From the NCBI GenBank assembly GCA_964601775.1, contig CAZRPD010000004.1, forward strand, positions 2,687 through 66,686: a stretch of 64,000 nucleotides of DNA, read 5' to 3'. Below the pieces are notes generated by a model. The model was not told the origin of the DNA. It saw nothing but the letters and a program-made list of their open reading frames with translations, and did no database searches. How positions within the stretch are numbered: the first letter of the stretch is position 1; every line of letters begins with the position of its first letter. Source of the DNA: an uncultured Caulobacter sp. (GTDB lineage Bacteria; Pseudomonadota; Alphaproteobacteria; Caulobacterales; Caulobacteraceae). This document shows, piece by piece, positions 49,988-58,899 of this stretch. A program made the translations under genes and the position numbers.

Positions 49988-50914
49988 ATGAAGGACTGTT
50001 GTTCAAGCGAAGGCGCCAAGGAAGACGGCCCAGGCTTTGTGGTGTCGCCCTCGCGCCGCAAGCCTCCATCGGAGGCGCAGGTGGACCCCTGCTGCGCTAG
50101 CGGTTCCTGCGCGGAAACGCCTGACATGGCGGTCGCGATCGCCCGCTCAACAATCTCGCCGTCGGAACCGCCTGTCGAACACGCTCGACTGGATGATCTG
50201 CGGGTCCCTTCGGCGACCTGCACGGCCTCGCAGCCTATCCTGGGGGAAAGCGCGCGGAAGGCGCCGGCTGACGACTGCTGCGCGGGCAAGGAGCATGAGC
50301 TTGTTGCGCTGAGCCAGATCGCCGGCGTCAAGCGGGTGCTGCAGGTCGTGCTGGCGATCAATCTTGTCATGTTCGTGGTGGAGTTCGCCGCTGGCCTGGT
50401 CGCCAACTCGACCGCTCTCATGGCCGATTCCGTTGATATGCTGGGCGACGCCCTGGTCTATGGACTCAGCCTCTATGCGCTCAGCCGCAGCCTGCGTTGG
50501 CGGGCAGGCGCCGCCGTCGCCAAGGGCGCGATCATCGCGCTGTTCGGCATTGGCGTTGTCGTTGAAGTGGTTCTCAAGACCCTCAACGGCGTGACGCCCA
50601 CCGCGCCACTGATGGCCATGTTCGGGGCGATCGCCCTGGTCGCCAACCTGACCTGCCTGGTCATGCTCTATCGCTACCGCAACCGCGATGTGAACATGTC
50701 GAGCACATTCGAGTGCTCGCGCAACGACGTGATCGCCAATACCGGCGTGCTGGCCGCGGCCGGTGGGGTGGCTCTGTTCGGCAATGGCTGGCCCGACATC
50801 CTGGTCGGCGGCGTTATCGCGGCGATGTTCTTCCGCTCTGCGATCAAGGTGCTCCGCGAGGCTTGGCCACAGTTTCGAGCGGCGCGGCCGAACGCGGCCG
50901 TGGCGTTCGACTGA
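49988..50914 (+). CDS. CDF-like cation efflux transporter (membrane domain only) with a Cys-rich N-terminal extension
   Basis: The TM core contains NSTALMADSVDMLGDALVY and SRNDVIAN. The N-terminal extension of about 105 aa carries three CC dyads (KDCCSS, DPCCASGSC, DDCCAGK). Confidence 0.75.
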   Translation: MKDCCSSEGAKEDGPGFVVSPSRRKPPSEAQVDPCCASGSCAETPDMAVAIARSTISPSEPPVEHARLDDLRVPSATCTASQPILGESARKAPADDCCAGKEHELVALSQIAGVKRVLQVVLAINLVMFVVEFAAGLVANSTALMADSVDMLGDALVYGLSLYALSRSLRWRAGAAVAKGAIIALFGIGVVVEVVLKTLNGVTPTAPLMAMFGAIALVANLTCLVMLYRYRNRDVNMSSTFECSRNDVIANTGVLAAAGGVALFGNGWPDILVGGVIAAMFFRSAIKVLREAWPQFRAARPNAAVAFD

Positions 50915-51044
50915 CGCTGAATAGTCCGAATCAGCGGCAGTTGACCGATGGACCTCGGCCGACGCATGGCGGCTCGGCGCCACAAACCCCATATTTGAAC
51001 CGAAATAAGCAGGAAACGTTCAGGTCTCAAGAAGGAGATTGGTC

Positions 51045-51317
51045 ATGTCTAGCTGGAGCGTGAGCAAGGTTGTTCCGTTGTTCGTCGTTGGCCTCGCCGG
51101 CCTGACTTTAGCGGGTTGTTCGACCTACGGATCTGGAGACTTCGGGTACTATGGCCGATCCCATCCAAATGCCGGTTACGGTTCGCCGTACAGCTACGGC
51201 CGCGGCTCAGTTTACGGCGCGCCCTATGGCTACGACCGGGGACGCTCCTTCGGTTATGGCGTTCGCGGTTATTCGAATGGTCATAGCGGCTTAGGCCTAG
51301 GTGGCCGCCGGCACTGA
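51045..51317 (+). CDS. Small lipoprotein, Gly/Tyr-rich (GY protein 3)
   Basis: GAAGGAG lies 7 nt upstream of the ATG at 51045. The lipobox is LTLAGC. The mature part reads STYGSGDFGYYGRSHPNAGYGSPYSYGRGSVYGAPYGYDRGRSFGYGVRGYSNGHSGLG. Confidence 0.6.
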   Translation: MSSWSVSKVVPLFVVGLAGLTLAGCSTYGSGDFGYYGRSHPNAGYGSPYSYGRGSVYGAPYGYDRGRSFGYGVRGYSNGHSGLGLGGRRH

Positions 51318-51378
51318 CGCGCTGGCTTTGGCTGACGCGTCAGGACTGCGGCGCAAACTGTCTTGAAGTCTTCGGCGC

Positions 51379-52128
51379 TCAGCCTTGCTCCGACTTGCCG
51401 CCGATCTGGAATATGACGCCGGGGACCTCCGTAGGACAGTCGCCGCAGAGGCGATTCGCTGGAACTGCGAGGTCGATCTTCTTGGGATAGGGAAGATCCA
51501 GCGCATCCATAATCGCAACAAACTCCTCGATGGACTTGCCCGCGAGGCGAGGATTGCGTTCGCGCTCCTGGGCGACCGTGCTGACATGGCGATGGTTGTA
51601 GTCATGGGCGGGATAGATCAAGCCGTCTTCAGGCAGAGTGAAAATCTTCTCGGTAACGGACCGGTAGAGGGTTGGCGCATCGCCGTTCTGAAAATCAGTT
51701 CGGCCACACCCGTCAATAAGCAGGGCATCGCCTGTGAAAACGCGAAGCACCCCAGGCTGCGAGATCAGATAGGCGTGGTGGGCGTCCGTATGGCCAGGGG
51801 TGAACACGGCTCGAAACGTCATCGCGCCCACGACAAGGGGGCAGTCTTCGGACACGCCAGTGTCCGCGCATGCAAGCGCGTCGATGGCGGGGTGAGCGAT
51901 CTTTGATCCCGTGCGGCTGCGCAAGCGGCAGGCGGAGGTGACATGGTCGGCATGAATATGGGTGTCGAGGCTGTAGGCTAATTGAAGCTCCAACTCTTGA
52001 AGCACAGCGAGATCACGTTCGATCGTCTCCAGAACCGGATCAATCAGGACAGCCCTGCGGGTCTCTGGGCAACCCACAAGATAAGTGTAGGTCGATGACT
52101 GCGGTTCAAACAGCTGTCTGAAGATCAT
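51379..52128 (-). CDS. MBL-fold metallo-hydrolase, ETHE1/persulfide-dioxygenase-like
   Basis: 249 aa. Reads STYTYLVG...DTHIHADHVT...TPGHTDAH...GDALLIDGCGRTDF...PAHDY. Confidence 0.75.
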   Translation of the reverse strand: MIFRQLFEPQSSTYTYLVGCPETRRAVLIDPVLETIERDLAVLQELELQLAYSLDTHIHADHVTSACRLRSRTGSKIAHPAIDALACADTGVSEDCPLVVGAMTFRAVFTPGHTDAHHAYLISQPGVLRVFTGDALLIDGCGRTDFQNGDAPTLYRSVTEKIFTLPEDGLIYPAHDYNHRHVSTVAQERERNPRLAGKSIEEFVAIMDALDLPYPKKIDLAVPANRLCGDCPTEVPGVIFQIGGKSEQG

Positions 52129-52138
52129 GATGTGCAGG

Positions 52139-52924
52139 CTAAACGCCGCCTCCCGATCTCGTCCTCTTTCGGGACATCATGTTCAGAAACTCGACGAAGG
52201 CCGAAAACGCCATCGCCGCGTAGATGTAGCCCTTGGGCACCTGCACGCCGAAGCCATCGGCGATCAGCACCATGCCGATCATCAGCAGGAAGCTTAGCGC
52301 CAGCATCACCACGGTGGGGTTGCTATTGATGAAATTGGCCAGCGGCCCGGACGCCAGCAACATTAGCAGCACCGCCACGACGACGGCCACGACCATGATC
52401 GGCAGGTGATCGGTCATGCCGACGGCGGTGAGGATCGAGTCGATCGAGAACACCAGATCGAGGAGAATGATCTGCACGATGGCCGAGCTGAAGTTCACCT
52501 CCACCTGCCTGGGTCCGCTTAGCGGTTCGGGGGCCTGCTTGGCCTCCATGGTCTCGTGGATTTCCTTGGTCGCCTTCCATACCAGAAACAGGCCGCCAGC
52601 GATTAGGATCAGGTCACGCCAGGAGAAATCGAGGTCGAAGGGGACGCGACCTTGCGGGTCCGGGGTCAGGCTGAACAGTAGCGAAAATACCGGCGCCGTC
52701 AGGCCGACGATCCAGCTCAAGGCGGCCAACAAGGCCAGTCGCATGCCCAAGGCCAGGCCGATGCCGATCTTTCGCGCCTTGCCGCGCTGCTCCCCCGGCA
52801 GCTTGTTGGTCAGGATCGAGATGAAGATCAGATTGTCGATCCCGAGCACCACCTCCATGACGATGAGGGTGATCAGCGCTAGCCACGCGGCGGGATCGGC
52901 GAGGAGCGAAAGGATGCTTTCCAT
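52139..52924 (-). CDS. TerC-family integral membrane protein
   Basis: 261 aa. Reads [16 protein letters not shown]...[16 protein letters not shown]. Confidence 0.85.
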   Translation of the reverse strand: MESILSLLADPAAWLALITLIVMEVVLGIDNLIFISILTNKLPGEQRGKARKIGIGLALGMRLALLAALSWIVGLTAPVFSLLFSLTPDPQGRVPFDLDFSWRDLILIAGGLFLVWKATKEIHETMEAKQAPEPLSGPRQVEVNFSSAIVQIILLDLVFSIDSILTAVGMTDHLPIMVVAVVVAVLLMLLASGPLANFINSNPTVVMLALSFLLMIGMVLIADGFGVQVPKGYIYAAMAFSAFVEFLNMMSRKRTRSGGGV

Positions 52925-53037
52925 TCTTGCGTCTTAACCTCGAGTGCGGCTGGAAGTATGCGCCAGTTCATCGTCCATGCCAGCCGCCCTGCGTGGTCGG
53001 CGGCTTTTGAACGTCAAAAGCGGGTGCGTTTTGCGCT

Positions 53038-53649
53038 TTACGCCTCGTCTTTCCGGCTCTTCGCTGTTTTGCGGGTATCGCGCAATATCTCCACGCCGCC
53101 CTTGACTGCGATCAGCGCCGTGACGAGCCCGACCAGCAGGTCCGGCCAGTTCTGGTTTGTGAGGATGACGATGATGCCGGCCACCACGATGCCGCCGTTG
53201 GAGATAAAGTCGTTAAAGCTGAACGTTGTGGCTGCGCGCATGTTCACGTCCGGCTTTTGGATCCGTTGCAGCACGCGCAGGCAATAGTAGTTGACCGCTG
53301 CGGCCGCGATCGACATCGCGATCATCGTTGCGCCGACGGGCTCGCTGCCCTGGAAATAGCGCCGCCCAACGTCGTACAGCACGCCGGCCGCGAAGATGAG
53401 TAGCAGGACGCCGGAGATTCCTGCAGCCGCCTCCTTCCATTTTGGGCTCCTGGTGAGCGCGATCAGGCTGATCGCATAGACGAGCCCGTCAGAACCGTTG
53501 TCGAGGCCGTTGGCGATCAGGGCGCTGGAGTCGGCAATGATCCCGGCGATGCAAAAAGCGATCGCCAACCCGACGTTGAGGATCAGCACTATCCAAAGGG
53601 CGCGCCGCTCGACGGCCTTAGGGTCGCCGGCCTTGGTCGGCTTCTCCAT
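53038..53649 (-). CDS. CDF-like cation efflux transporter (membrane domain only)
   Basis: 203 aa. Contains DSSALIANGLDNGSDGLVY and FSFNDFISN. It starts 2 nt after the AOX stop. Confidence 0.7.
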   Translation of the reverse strand: MEKPTKAGDPKAVERRALWIVLILNVGLAIAFCIAGIIADSSALIANGLDNGSDGLVYAISLIALTRSPKWKEAAAGISGVLLLIFAAGVLYDVGRRYFQGSEPVGATMIAMSIAAAAVNYYCLRVLQRIQKPDVNMRAATTFSFNDFISNGGIVVAGIIVILTNQNWPDLLVGLVTALIAVKGGVEILRDTRKTAKSRKDEA

Positions 53650-53650
53650 G

Positions 53651-54376
53651 TCAGGCGCTCATTCTGATGTCGTTGGCGTGGGGCGGGTAGGGCGCCGTAG
53701 CGGCGGGGTCGACGGGCAACCCCGCCAGGGTGCTTGCGAAGCCATGATTGACGTCGCGGTGATGGGCTTCGTCGGCGCGCACGACGATGATGACGTCCCT
53801 TAGCGTCGCGTTGTCAGGCATCATCCAGTAGTGTTTGGCGATGGCGGGCGCCGGCACATTGGGCGAGCGCCCCTCGTCGATTTCCTTTAGGTAGAGCGTA
53901 TAGCTTGTCACTGCCTCTTCTTCGAAATAGCCAACGACGCGGTGCGCGCTACGCTTGGAAACTAAGTAAAGCAGGAAGAAGCAGATATAGAAAACCCACT
54001 GCACCAGGATGATCACCAGGCGCTCGAACAGATTGGGCTGGGCGATCTGCACGAACGTCATCAGGTGCATCCGCTCGTTTTCCGCCTCCTCCATTAATGT
54101 CCGGATCCAGCCGTCGTCGTCACACATGCGGCGCAGGGCGGTGAGGTGATTGATGGTCGCCCCAACCATGCCCGGCACCGCCGCGACGGTTTCGAGGACG
54201 ATGGCGCGGTGCCCATAGCGTTTGGCAAAGAAGGTGTCGGCGGCAAACCGCATCAGCTTTGTAAAGCCCAGCGCGAACCGGTCGGTCAGATCGACAGGCC
54301 TGTGATGCACCGGTGGCTCGACAAGCGCCTCCGCAGCAAGACTGCGGGTGTCGGGCGCGAGAATCTTATTGACCAC
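53651..54376 (-). CDS. aox: Alternative oxidase (cyanide-insensitive ubiquinol oxidase)
   Basis: 241 aa. The di-iron carboxylate motifs are LETVAAVPGMV, EEAENERMHL, GYFEEEAV and RADEAHHRDVNH. Confidence 0.85.
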   Translation of the reverse strand: MVNKILAPDTRSLAAEALVEPPVHHRPVDLTDRFALGFTKLMRFAADTFFAKRYGHRAIVLETVAAVPGMVGATINHLTALRRMCDDDGWIRTLMEEAENERMHLMTFVQIAQPNLFERLVIILVQWVFYICFFLLYLVSKRSAHRVVGYFEEEAVTSYTLYLKEIDEGRSPNVPAPAIAKHYWMMPDNATLRDVIIVVRADEAHHRDVNHGFASTLAGLPVDPAATAPYPPHANDIRMSA

Positions 54377-54417
54377 AGATCCAATCCTCTCTCAGTCGAG
54401 CCGCTGACGCAAAATTC

Positions 54418-55395
54418 CTAGGCGTCAGAACTCGCCGAGCTGTCCGCTTCAATCTGCGTTTTGGGGACGGCGAGGCAACCTGCGCCTTCGACGTCTTGGG
54501 TGGGCCGCAAGGCGTAGAACGCCTTACTAAGCCGCGTCACGCGCTCACTCCGTCTCAAGGTGAACCGTTCGCCGTCGAGGATCGCCGGAATAGGGTCTTC
54601 GGAGGTTAGATCGAGGCTTTCAAGGCGGGCATGGGTCACCGTCTGATCGGCCCGCCAGTCCCGGAACGCCGACATCACCGCCAGCCGGATAGCATCCCCC
54701 GCCCCTTCGATGTCGATGGCGGCGGCGTCAAGCAGCACTGGGGCGTCAGTCTGCGGCGGCGGCAGCGGACAGAGCACCACGACAGCCTCAGCCTTGGACT
54801 CTGCCTGCCCTTCGAAACGATAGCCAAGTTCATGGCCCAAGGCCTGCCTAAGCGCGGCGACACCTTGGCCAAGCGCACCAGCTAAGTCGCCGTCCCGGAT
54901 CGACTCCCTCGCCTCGGCCAGGAGCGAGGCGCTGCCAAACACGCCGGCGACAAAGAACCGGTGCGAGCCGACCTGGCCGCCATGGACAGCCTGTACGGCT
55001 GGAGACTTGAGCGTGTCCGCTAGCGCCTGCCTCCAGGGCCGTGCGCCGTAGAGCGCCTTGGGCAGCATGTTCATGGTGCCGCCTGGAAGCGGGACAAGCA
55101 GCGGGCCGAGCTCATCGCAGCGTTGCGCGGCGGAGCGGATGGTCCCGTCGCCCCCGAGGACGATCAGCACATCCACGCTGGCCTCTGTAGCCTCGTTCAA
55201 GGCATGATCAACCTCCTTGCCGGTGACCACCCAGACCTTGCTGAGCTTGACGCCGGCTTCGTCTAGGATGGCGCTTAGTGCAGCCTGCGCAGACGCGTCG
55301 CAGCTGCCGCTCGACGTGTTGAGCAAGGCGGCGACTCGGAGGGTTCGCAAATTGACATCAGGCGTCATGATCGGCTCATAGGTGGCGGTGCTCAT
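54418..55395 (-). CDS. Diacylglycerol/lipid kinase-family (DAGK_cat / NAD-kinase-like) protein
   Basis: 325 aa. Reads VDVLIVLGGDGTIRSAA...VPLPGGTMNMLPKAL. Confidence 0.7.
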   Translation of the reverse strand: MSTATYEPIMTPDVNLRTLRVAALLNTSSGSCDASAQAALSAILDEAGVKLSKVWVVTGKEVDHALNEATEASVDVLIVLGGDGTIRSAAQRCDELGPLLVPLPGGTMNMLPKALYGARPWRQALADTLKSPAVQAVHGGQVGSHRFFVAGVFGSASLLAEARESIRDGDLAGALGQGVAALRQALGHELGYRFEGQAESKAEAVVVLCPLPPPQTDAPVLLDAAAIDIEGAGDAIRLAVMSAFRDWRADQTVTHARLESLDLTSEDPIPAILDGERFTLRRSERVTRLSKAFYALRPTQDVEGAGCLAVPKTQIEADSSASSDA

Positions 55396-55469
55396 GGAGC
55401 CGACGCAGGGATAAGGTTTTAAGAGACGTCCGACGCGTCTCGCGTCGTGACGCGCAAGCCGGCCAACAC

Positions 55470-55856
55470 TCAGTCGTCGAAAAGGCTGCCTAGGAAGCCG
55501 CGCCGGCGGCCGCCGTTACCGCCACCGCCATGACCGCCCCCCTGACCGCCGCCGCGCTTGCCGCCATGGCCGCCTCGCCCTCCGGCGTAACCGCCATTCC
55601 AGGGCTGACCATAATCCGGCGCAGGCATGGGCAAGGACGGCGCGATCGGTTGCGGCTGCGGAGCGCCGGTCTCGAAAGCGGCGCTGCGCTCAATGATCTT
55701 GTCCAGTTCGCCCCGATCGAGCCAGACGCCACGGCACTTAGGACAATAGTCGATCTCGACGCCCTGGCGATCTGTCATCACCAAGTCTACACGGCACTCT
55801 GGACACAGCAGGCCCTGCTCAGGCCGAGGCGAAGGGGTTGGGCTGGGATCGGTCAT
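55470..55856 (-). CDS. TFIIB-type zinc-ribbon protein with a Gly/His-rich tail, paralog 2
   Basis: CPECRVDL...DYCPKCRGVWLDRGELDKIIERSAAFETG is nearly identical to paralog 1 over about 50 aa. The tail is GGRGGHGGKRGGGQGGGHGGGGNGG, ending in RRGFLGSLFDD. Confidence 0.75.
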   Translation of the reverse strand: MTDPSPTPSPRPEQGLLCPECRVDLVMTDRQGVEIDYCPKCRGVWLDRGELDKIIERSAAFETGAPQPQPIAPSLPMPAPDYGQPWNGGYAGGRGGHGGKRGGGQGGGHGGGGNGGRRRGFLGSLFDD

Positions 55857-55927
55857 TTCATTCTCCTGACGGACGCCCCGTTCTGACGAGCGAGGCGCCG
55901 ACGGATTGGATCAAGGCGGGCATTCGC

Positions 55928-56272
55928 TTAGCGGTGACGATTATAATTGCTCCGCGGGGCGACATAGTGGCGGTCACGGCGGGGTTCGCGACCGACGTAT
56001 CGATTGGACCGGGTGTTGTAGCCGTAGGTCTGAGCGCCGTAATAGCTCGGGCCGCCGGTGTAGACGTTGCCGTAGGGCTGGGCGTAGCCGTACTGCACGG
56101 GCGGCGCATAAGCGCCCCGGCCGTAGCCTTGGCCACCATAAACCTGCGACTGGCCATAGTACGGCTGTTGGGCGTAATAACCCTGCTGCCCACCATAACC
56201 GTAGGGCTGGGCGAGGGCCGCCGAGCCACCAAGAACCGTGAGAGCCGCTGTCGCGGCGATGAGGAATTTCAT
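55928..56272 (-). CDS. Exported Gly/Tyr/Gln-rich low-complexity protein (GY protein 4)
   Basis: GGAG lies 8 nt upstream of the ATG at 56272. The signal peptide is MKFLIAATAALTVLGGSAALA. The mature part reads QPYGYGGQQGYYAQQPYYGQSQVYGGQGYGRGAYAPPVQYGYAQPYGNVYTGGPSYYGAQTYGY and has a basic tail. Confidence 0.6.
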   Translation of the reverse strand: MKFLIAATAALTVLGGSAALAQPYGYGGQQGYYAQQPYYGQSQVYGGQGYGRGAYAPPVQYGYAQPYGNVYTGGPSYYGAQTYGYNTRSNRYVGREPRRDRHYVAPRSNYNRHR

Positions 56273-56404
56273 AGAATTCACTCCAGTTTGCCAGGCGAGG
56301 ATTCGCCGAGCGATCAGGCATCATCAACCGACGCGCCTGAACGTTGAGGGAACGGTCAGCCTCATCTTCTGTTCATCTTAAACCGACACATTTCGGGAAA
56401 AGCC

Positions 56405-56866
56405 ATGACCTTCGACGCCGCCGGCCTCTGGGAGGTCATCACCCACATCTTCAATCTCGCCGTCGCCTACGCGCTCGCCTTGCTGGTGGGATGGGACCGG
56501 GAACGGGAAGATCGCAGCGCGGGCATCCGGACCTTTCCCCTCGTGGCCATCGCCAGCTGCGGCTTCGTGCTGGTGGCGATCGCGGTGCTGGGCCGCCAGT
56601 CGATGGGGCAAGCGCGGATCATGGAGGGCCTGATCACCGGCGTTGGGTTCATTGGCGGCGGGGCGATCCTTAAGCAGGGCGGCAAGGCAAGCGGCACAGC
56701 GACGGCGGCGAGCCTGTGGGCGACCGGCGCGCTGGGCGCCGCAGTCGGGTACGGCCTCTACGACATCGCGATTGTCCTTAGCCTTACGACCTTCCTCACG
56801 CTGCGGTGCGCCCGGCCAATGAAGCAGGCCGCACAGGATAGCGCGCGTCCCTCGTCGGACGGCTAG
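56405..56866 (+). CDS. MgtC/SapB-family membrane protein
   Basis: 153 aa. Reads GWDREREDRSAGIRTFPLVAIASCGF...GVGFIGGGAIL...ASLWATGALGAAVG. Confidence 0.8.
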   Translation: MTFDAAGLWEVITHIFNLAVAYALALLVGWDREREDRSAGIRTFPLVAIASCGFVLVAIAVLGRQSMGQARIMEGLITGVGFIGGGAILKQGGKASGTATAASLWATGALGAAVGYGLYDIAIVLSLTTFLTLRCARPMKQAAQDSARPSSDG

Positions 56867-57141
56867 CGTAGGGGGCTCATCGCTGGAGCCTCCATTGGCC
56901 TTCCCCGATTATCCCGCCTGGTCGGCTCGCCCACGACCACCTTCGATGACATCGGCAGCGGGCGCGCCAGACGTCGCTTCGCCGATCATAGCGCCCGTCT
57001 GGGACTGCGGAGCGGCGAGCGCTGGTGTCGCGGTCGGATTTGGCGCGCCTTTTTCGGGACTCGTCGATCGTTTGCTGGTCGGCGATTAAGAGCCCTTCAC
57101 CGTCACCGAGATGTGCTCATTCATAATTCAAGTCTGGCGGC

Positions 57142-57558
57142 TTACCTCTTCAAGAGGTCGAGGGTGCGCTTCTCGATCGCGTCCTGATTCTCCAGCACGT
57201 TTAGGTTCGCCTCGTAGGCGCGTTGAGCCTCTCTCATGTCCATCGCTTCGATCAGCGTATCGACGTTAGGCATCTGCACGTAGCCCTGGTTATTGGCTGC
57301 CGGATGACTAGGATTGTACTCCTGTTTGAAGGGCTTGTTGTCGGAGGCTACGCGGGTCATCCGCACGCTTGTAGAGCCATCCTCCATCTGCAACGGCGTA
57401 AAAACCGGTACTTGCCGTCGATAAGGCTCGGCGCCCGGCTTTTGCCCGGTGGAGTCGGCGTTGGCTATGTTTTCCGCAATGACCCGCATGCGCGCCTGCT
57501 GCGCTTTCAAGGCATAGACGGCAACGTCGTTAACACCGCTCCCTTCTACCTTCGCCAT
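57142..57558 (-). CDS. flgC: Flagellar basal-body rod protein FlgC homolog, with no other flagellar genes nearby
   Basis: 138 aa. Contains RMRVIAENIANADSTG..PGAEPYRR and the C-terminal GYVQMPNVDTLIEAMDMREAQRAYEANLNV. The N-terminal ~20 aa are atypical. Confidence 0.75.
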   Translation of the reverse strand: MAKVEGSGVNDVAVYALKAQQARMRVIAENIANADSTGQKPGAEPYRRQVPVFTPLQMEDGSTSVRMTRVASDNKPFKQEYNPSHPAANNQGYVQMPNVDTLIEAMDMREAQRAYEANLNVLENQDAIEKRTLDLLKR

Positions 57559-57868
57559 GACGCCCTCTGAATTGTGCTGCTGGAAGTTTGGCCATTATGG
57601 TTAACAACAGATGATAGACTATCTCTTGGCGAGCGATACGGGAGTTTAGCGGTTGAAATCCGTCGCTGCTCTGGCGCGACAACCTCAGCCGGCACGTCAG
57701 CCGGATGTGTGCCGGCCATCGAGCTTCCGGCCTCGAGATGAACGCAGTGAACTGTCCCGAAACTAAGGTTTGACTGATGGAATACCTTCTTTTGCCCCGA
57801 TCACGACGTCCAGGACTGCGTTCGGGGGTGCTGCGTATTCGGCACCCCAACGGCAGTTAGGTTTGCTC

Positions 57869-58801
57869 ATGAACGGCGCGAAAGATCTCGCAGATGTTGT
57901 TGAAACCGTACATCGGGATATGGAGCCCCACCTTGGGCGTGGTCGGGTGGCCCAGTACATCCCAACCCTAGCAGGGATGGATCCGCGCCATTTCGGCATA
58001 GCTGTAGCGACCTGCGACGGGCAAATGGCGGCGGCTGGCGACGCTGGAGTCGCCTTCTCGATCCAGAGCATATCCAAGGTGTTCACCCTGACGATGGCCT
58101 TGGGAAAGTTAGGCTCGGACCTCTGGAGTCGAGTTGGGCGCGAGCCCTCGGGCTCAGCGTTCAACTCCATCGTACAACTTGAATACGAGAAGGGAATCCC
58201 GCGCAATCCGCTGATCAACGCCGGCGCCTTGGTGGTGACGGACGCCCTTCTGGATGGTGGCGACGCGGACCCGCTGATTATCCGAATTACGAAGCTGATG
58301 CGCGATCTCGCCTGCGACCCAGCTGTCAGCATCGATCATGAAATCGCTGCCTCTGAGGCTGCGACGGGGTTCCGCAACGCCAGTCTGGCTAACTTTCTGC
58401 GGGCCTCGGACAATTTAAAGAGCAATGTGGCCGACGTCCTGCACGTCTACTTCAACCAGTGCTCCTTGAGCATGAGCTGCCGTCAACTGGCCCGGGCCGG
58501 GCTGTACCTCGCCCATCGCGGTGTTGATCCTCTAAACCATGTTAAAATCACGACCCCCCTGCGTGCACGGCGAATCAACGCCATCATGATGACCTGCGGA
58601 CACTACGACGCCTCCGGCGACTTCGCCTTTCGAGTTGGTCTGCCCGGCAAGAGCGGCGTTGGCGGCGGGATTTTAGCCATCGCGCCGGGGCGCGGCTCGA
58701 TCGCCACGTGGAGCCCCGGCCTCGACCGCGCCGGCACTTCCCTGGTGGGCCGTCTTGCCCTTCAGCGTCTCGGCAGACTTACGGGATGGTCGGTGGTGTA
58801 G
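57869..58801 (+). CDS. glsA: Glutaminase A
   Basis: The start is set at [14 protein letters not shown], giving 310 aa. Contains [32 protein letters not shown] and [14 protein letters not shown]. Confidence 0.85.
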   Translation: MNGAKDLADVVETVHRDMEPHLGRGRVAQYIPTLAGMDPRHFGIAVATCDGQMAAAGDAGVAFSIQSISKVFTLTMALGKLGSDLWSRVGREPSGSAFNSIVQLEYEKGIPRNPLINAGALVVTDALLDGGDADPLIIRITKLMRDLACDPAVSIDHEIAASEAATGFRNASLANFLRASDNLKSNVADVLHVYFNQCSLSMSCRQLARAGLYLAHRGVDPLNHVKITTPLRARRINAIMMTCGHYDASGDFAFRVGLPGKSGVGGGILAIAPGRGSIATWSPGLDRAGTSLVGRLALQRLGRLTGWSVV

Positions 58802-58899
58802 GGAAAGGGTGAGAAACGCGGGGACTGGTGTCGGACGGGCGCAACGGTTGTCATCACGTACTGCCCCGGCACGCGGGAGCGCTCTTGGTTTGTCTTGCT

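Noticed and set aside
52925-53037. A possible yybP-ykoY (Mn) riboswitch upstream of the TerC gene
   Set aside because: I looked for the conserved GGGGAGUAG and UUGACA-type cores on the minus strand and did not find them. The visible hairpin GCTTTTGA-cgt-TCAAAAGC sits just after the CDF stop and looks like a simple 3' structure. An Infernal scan would settle it.
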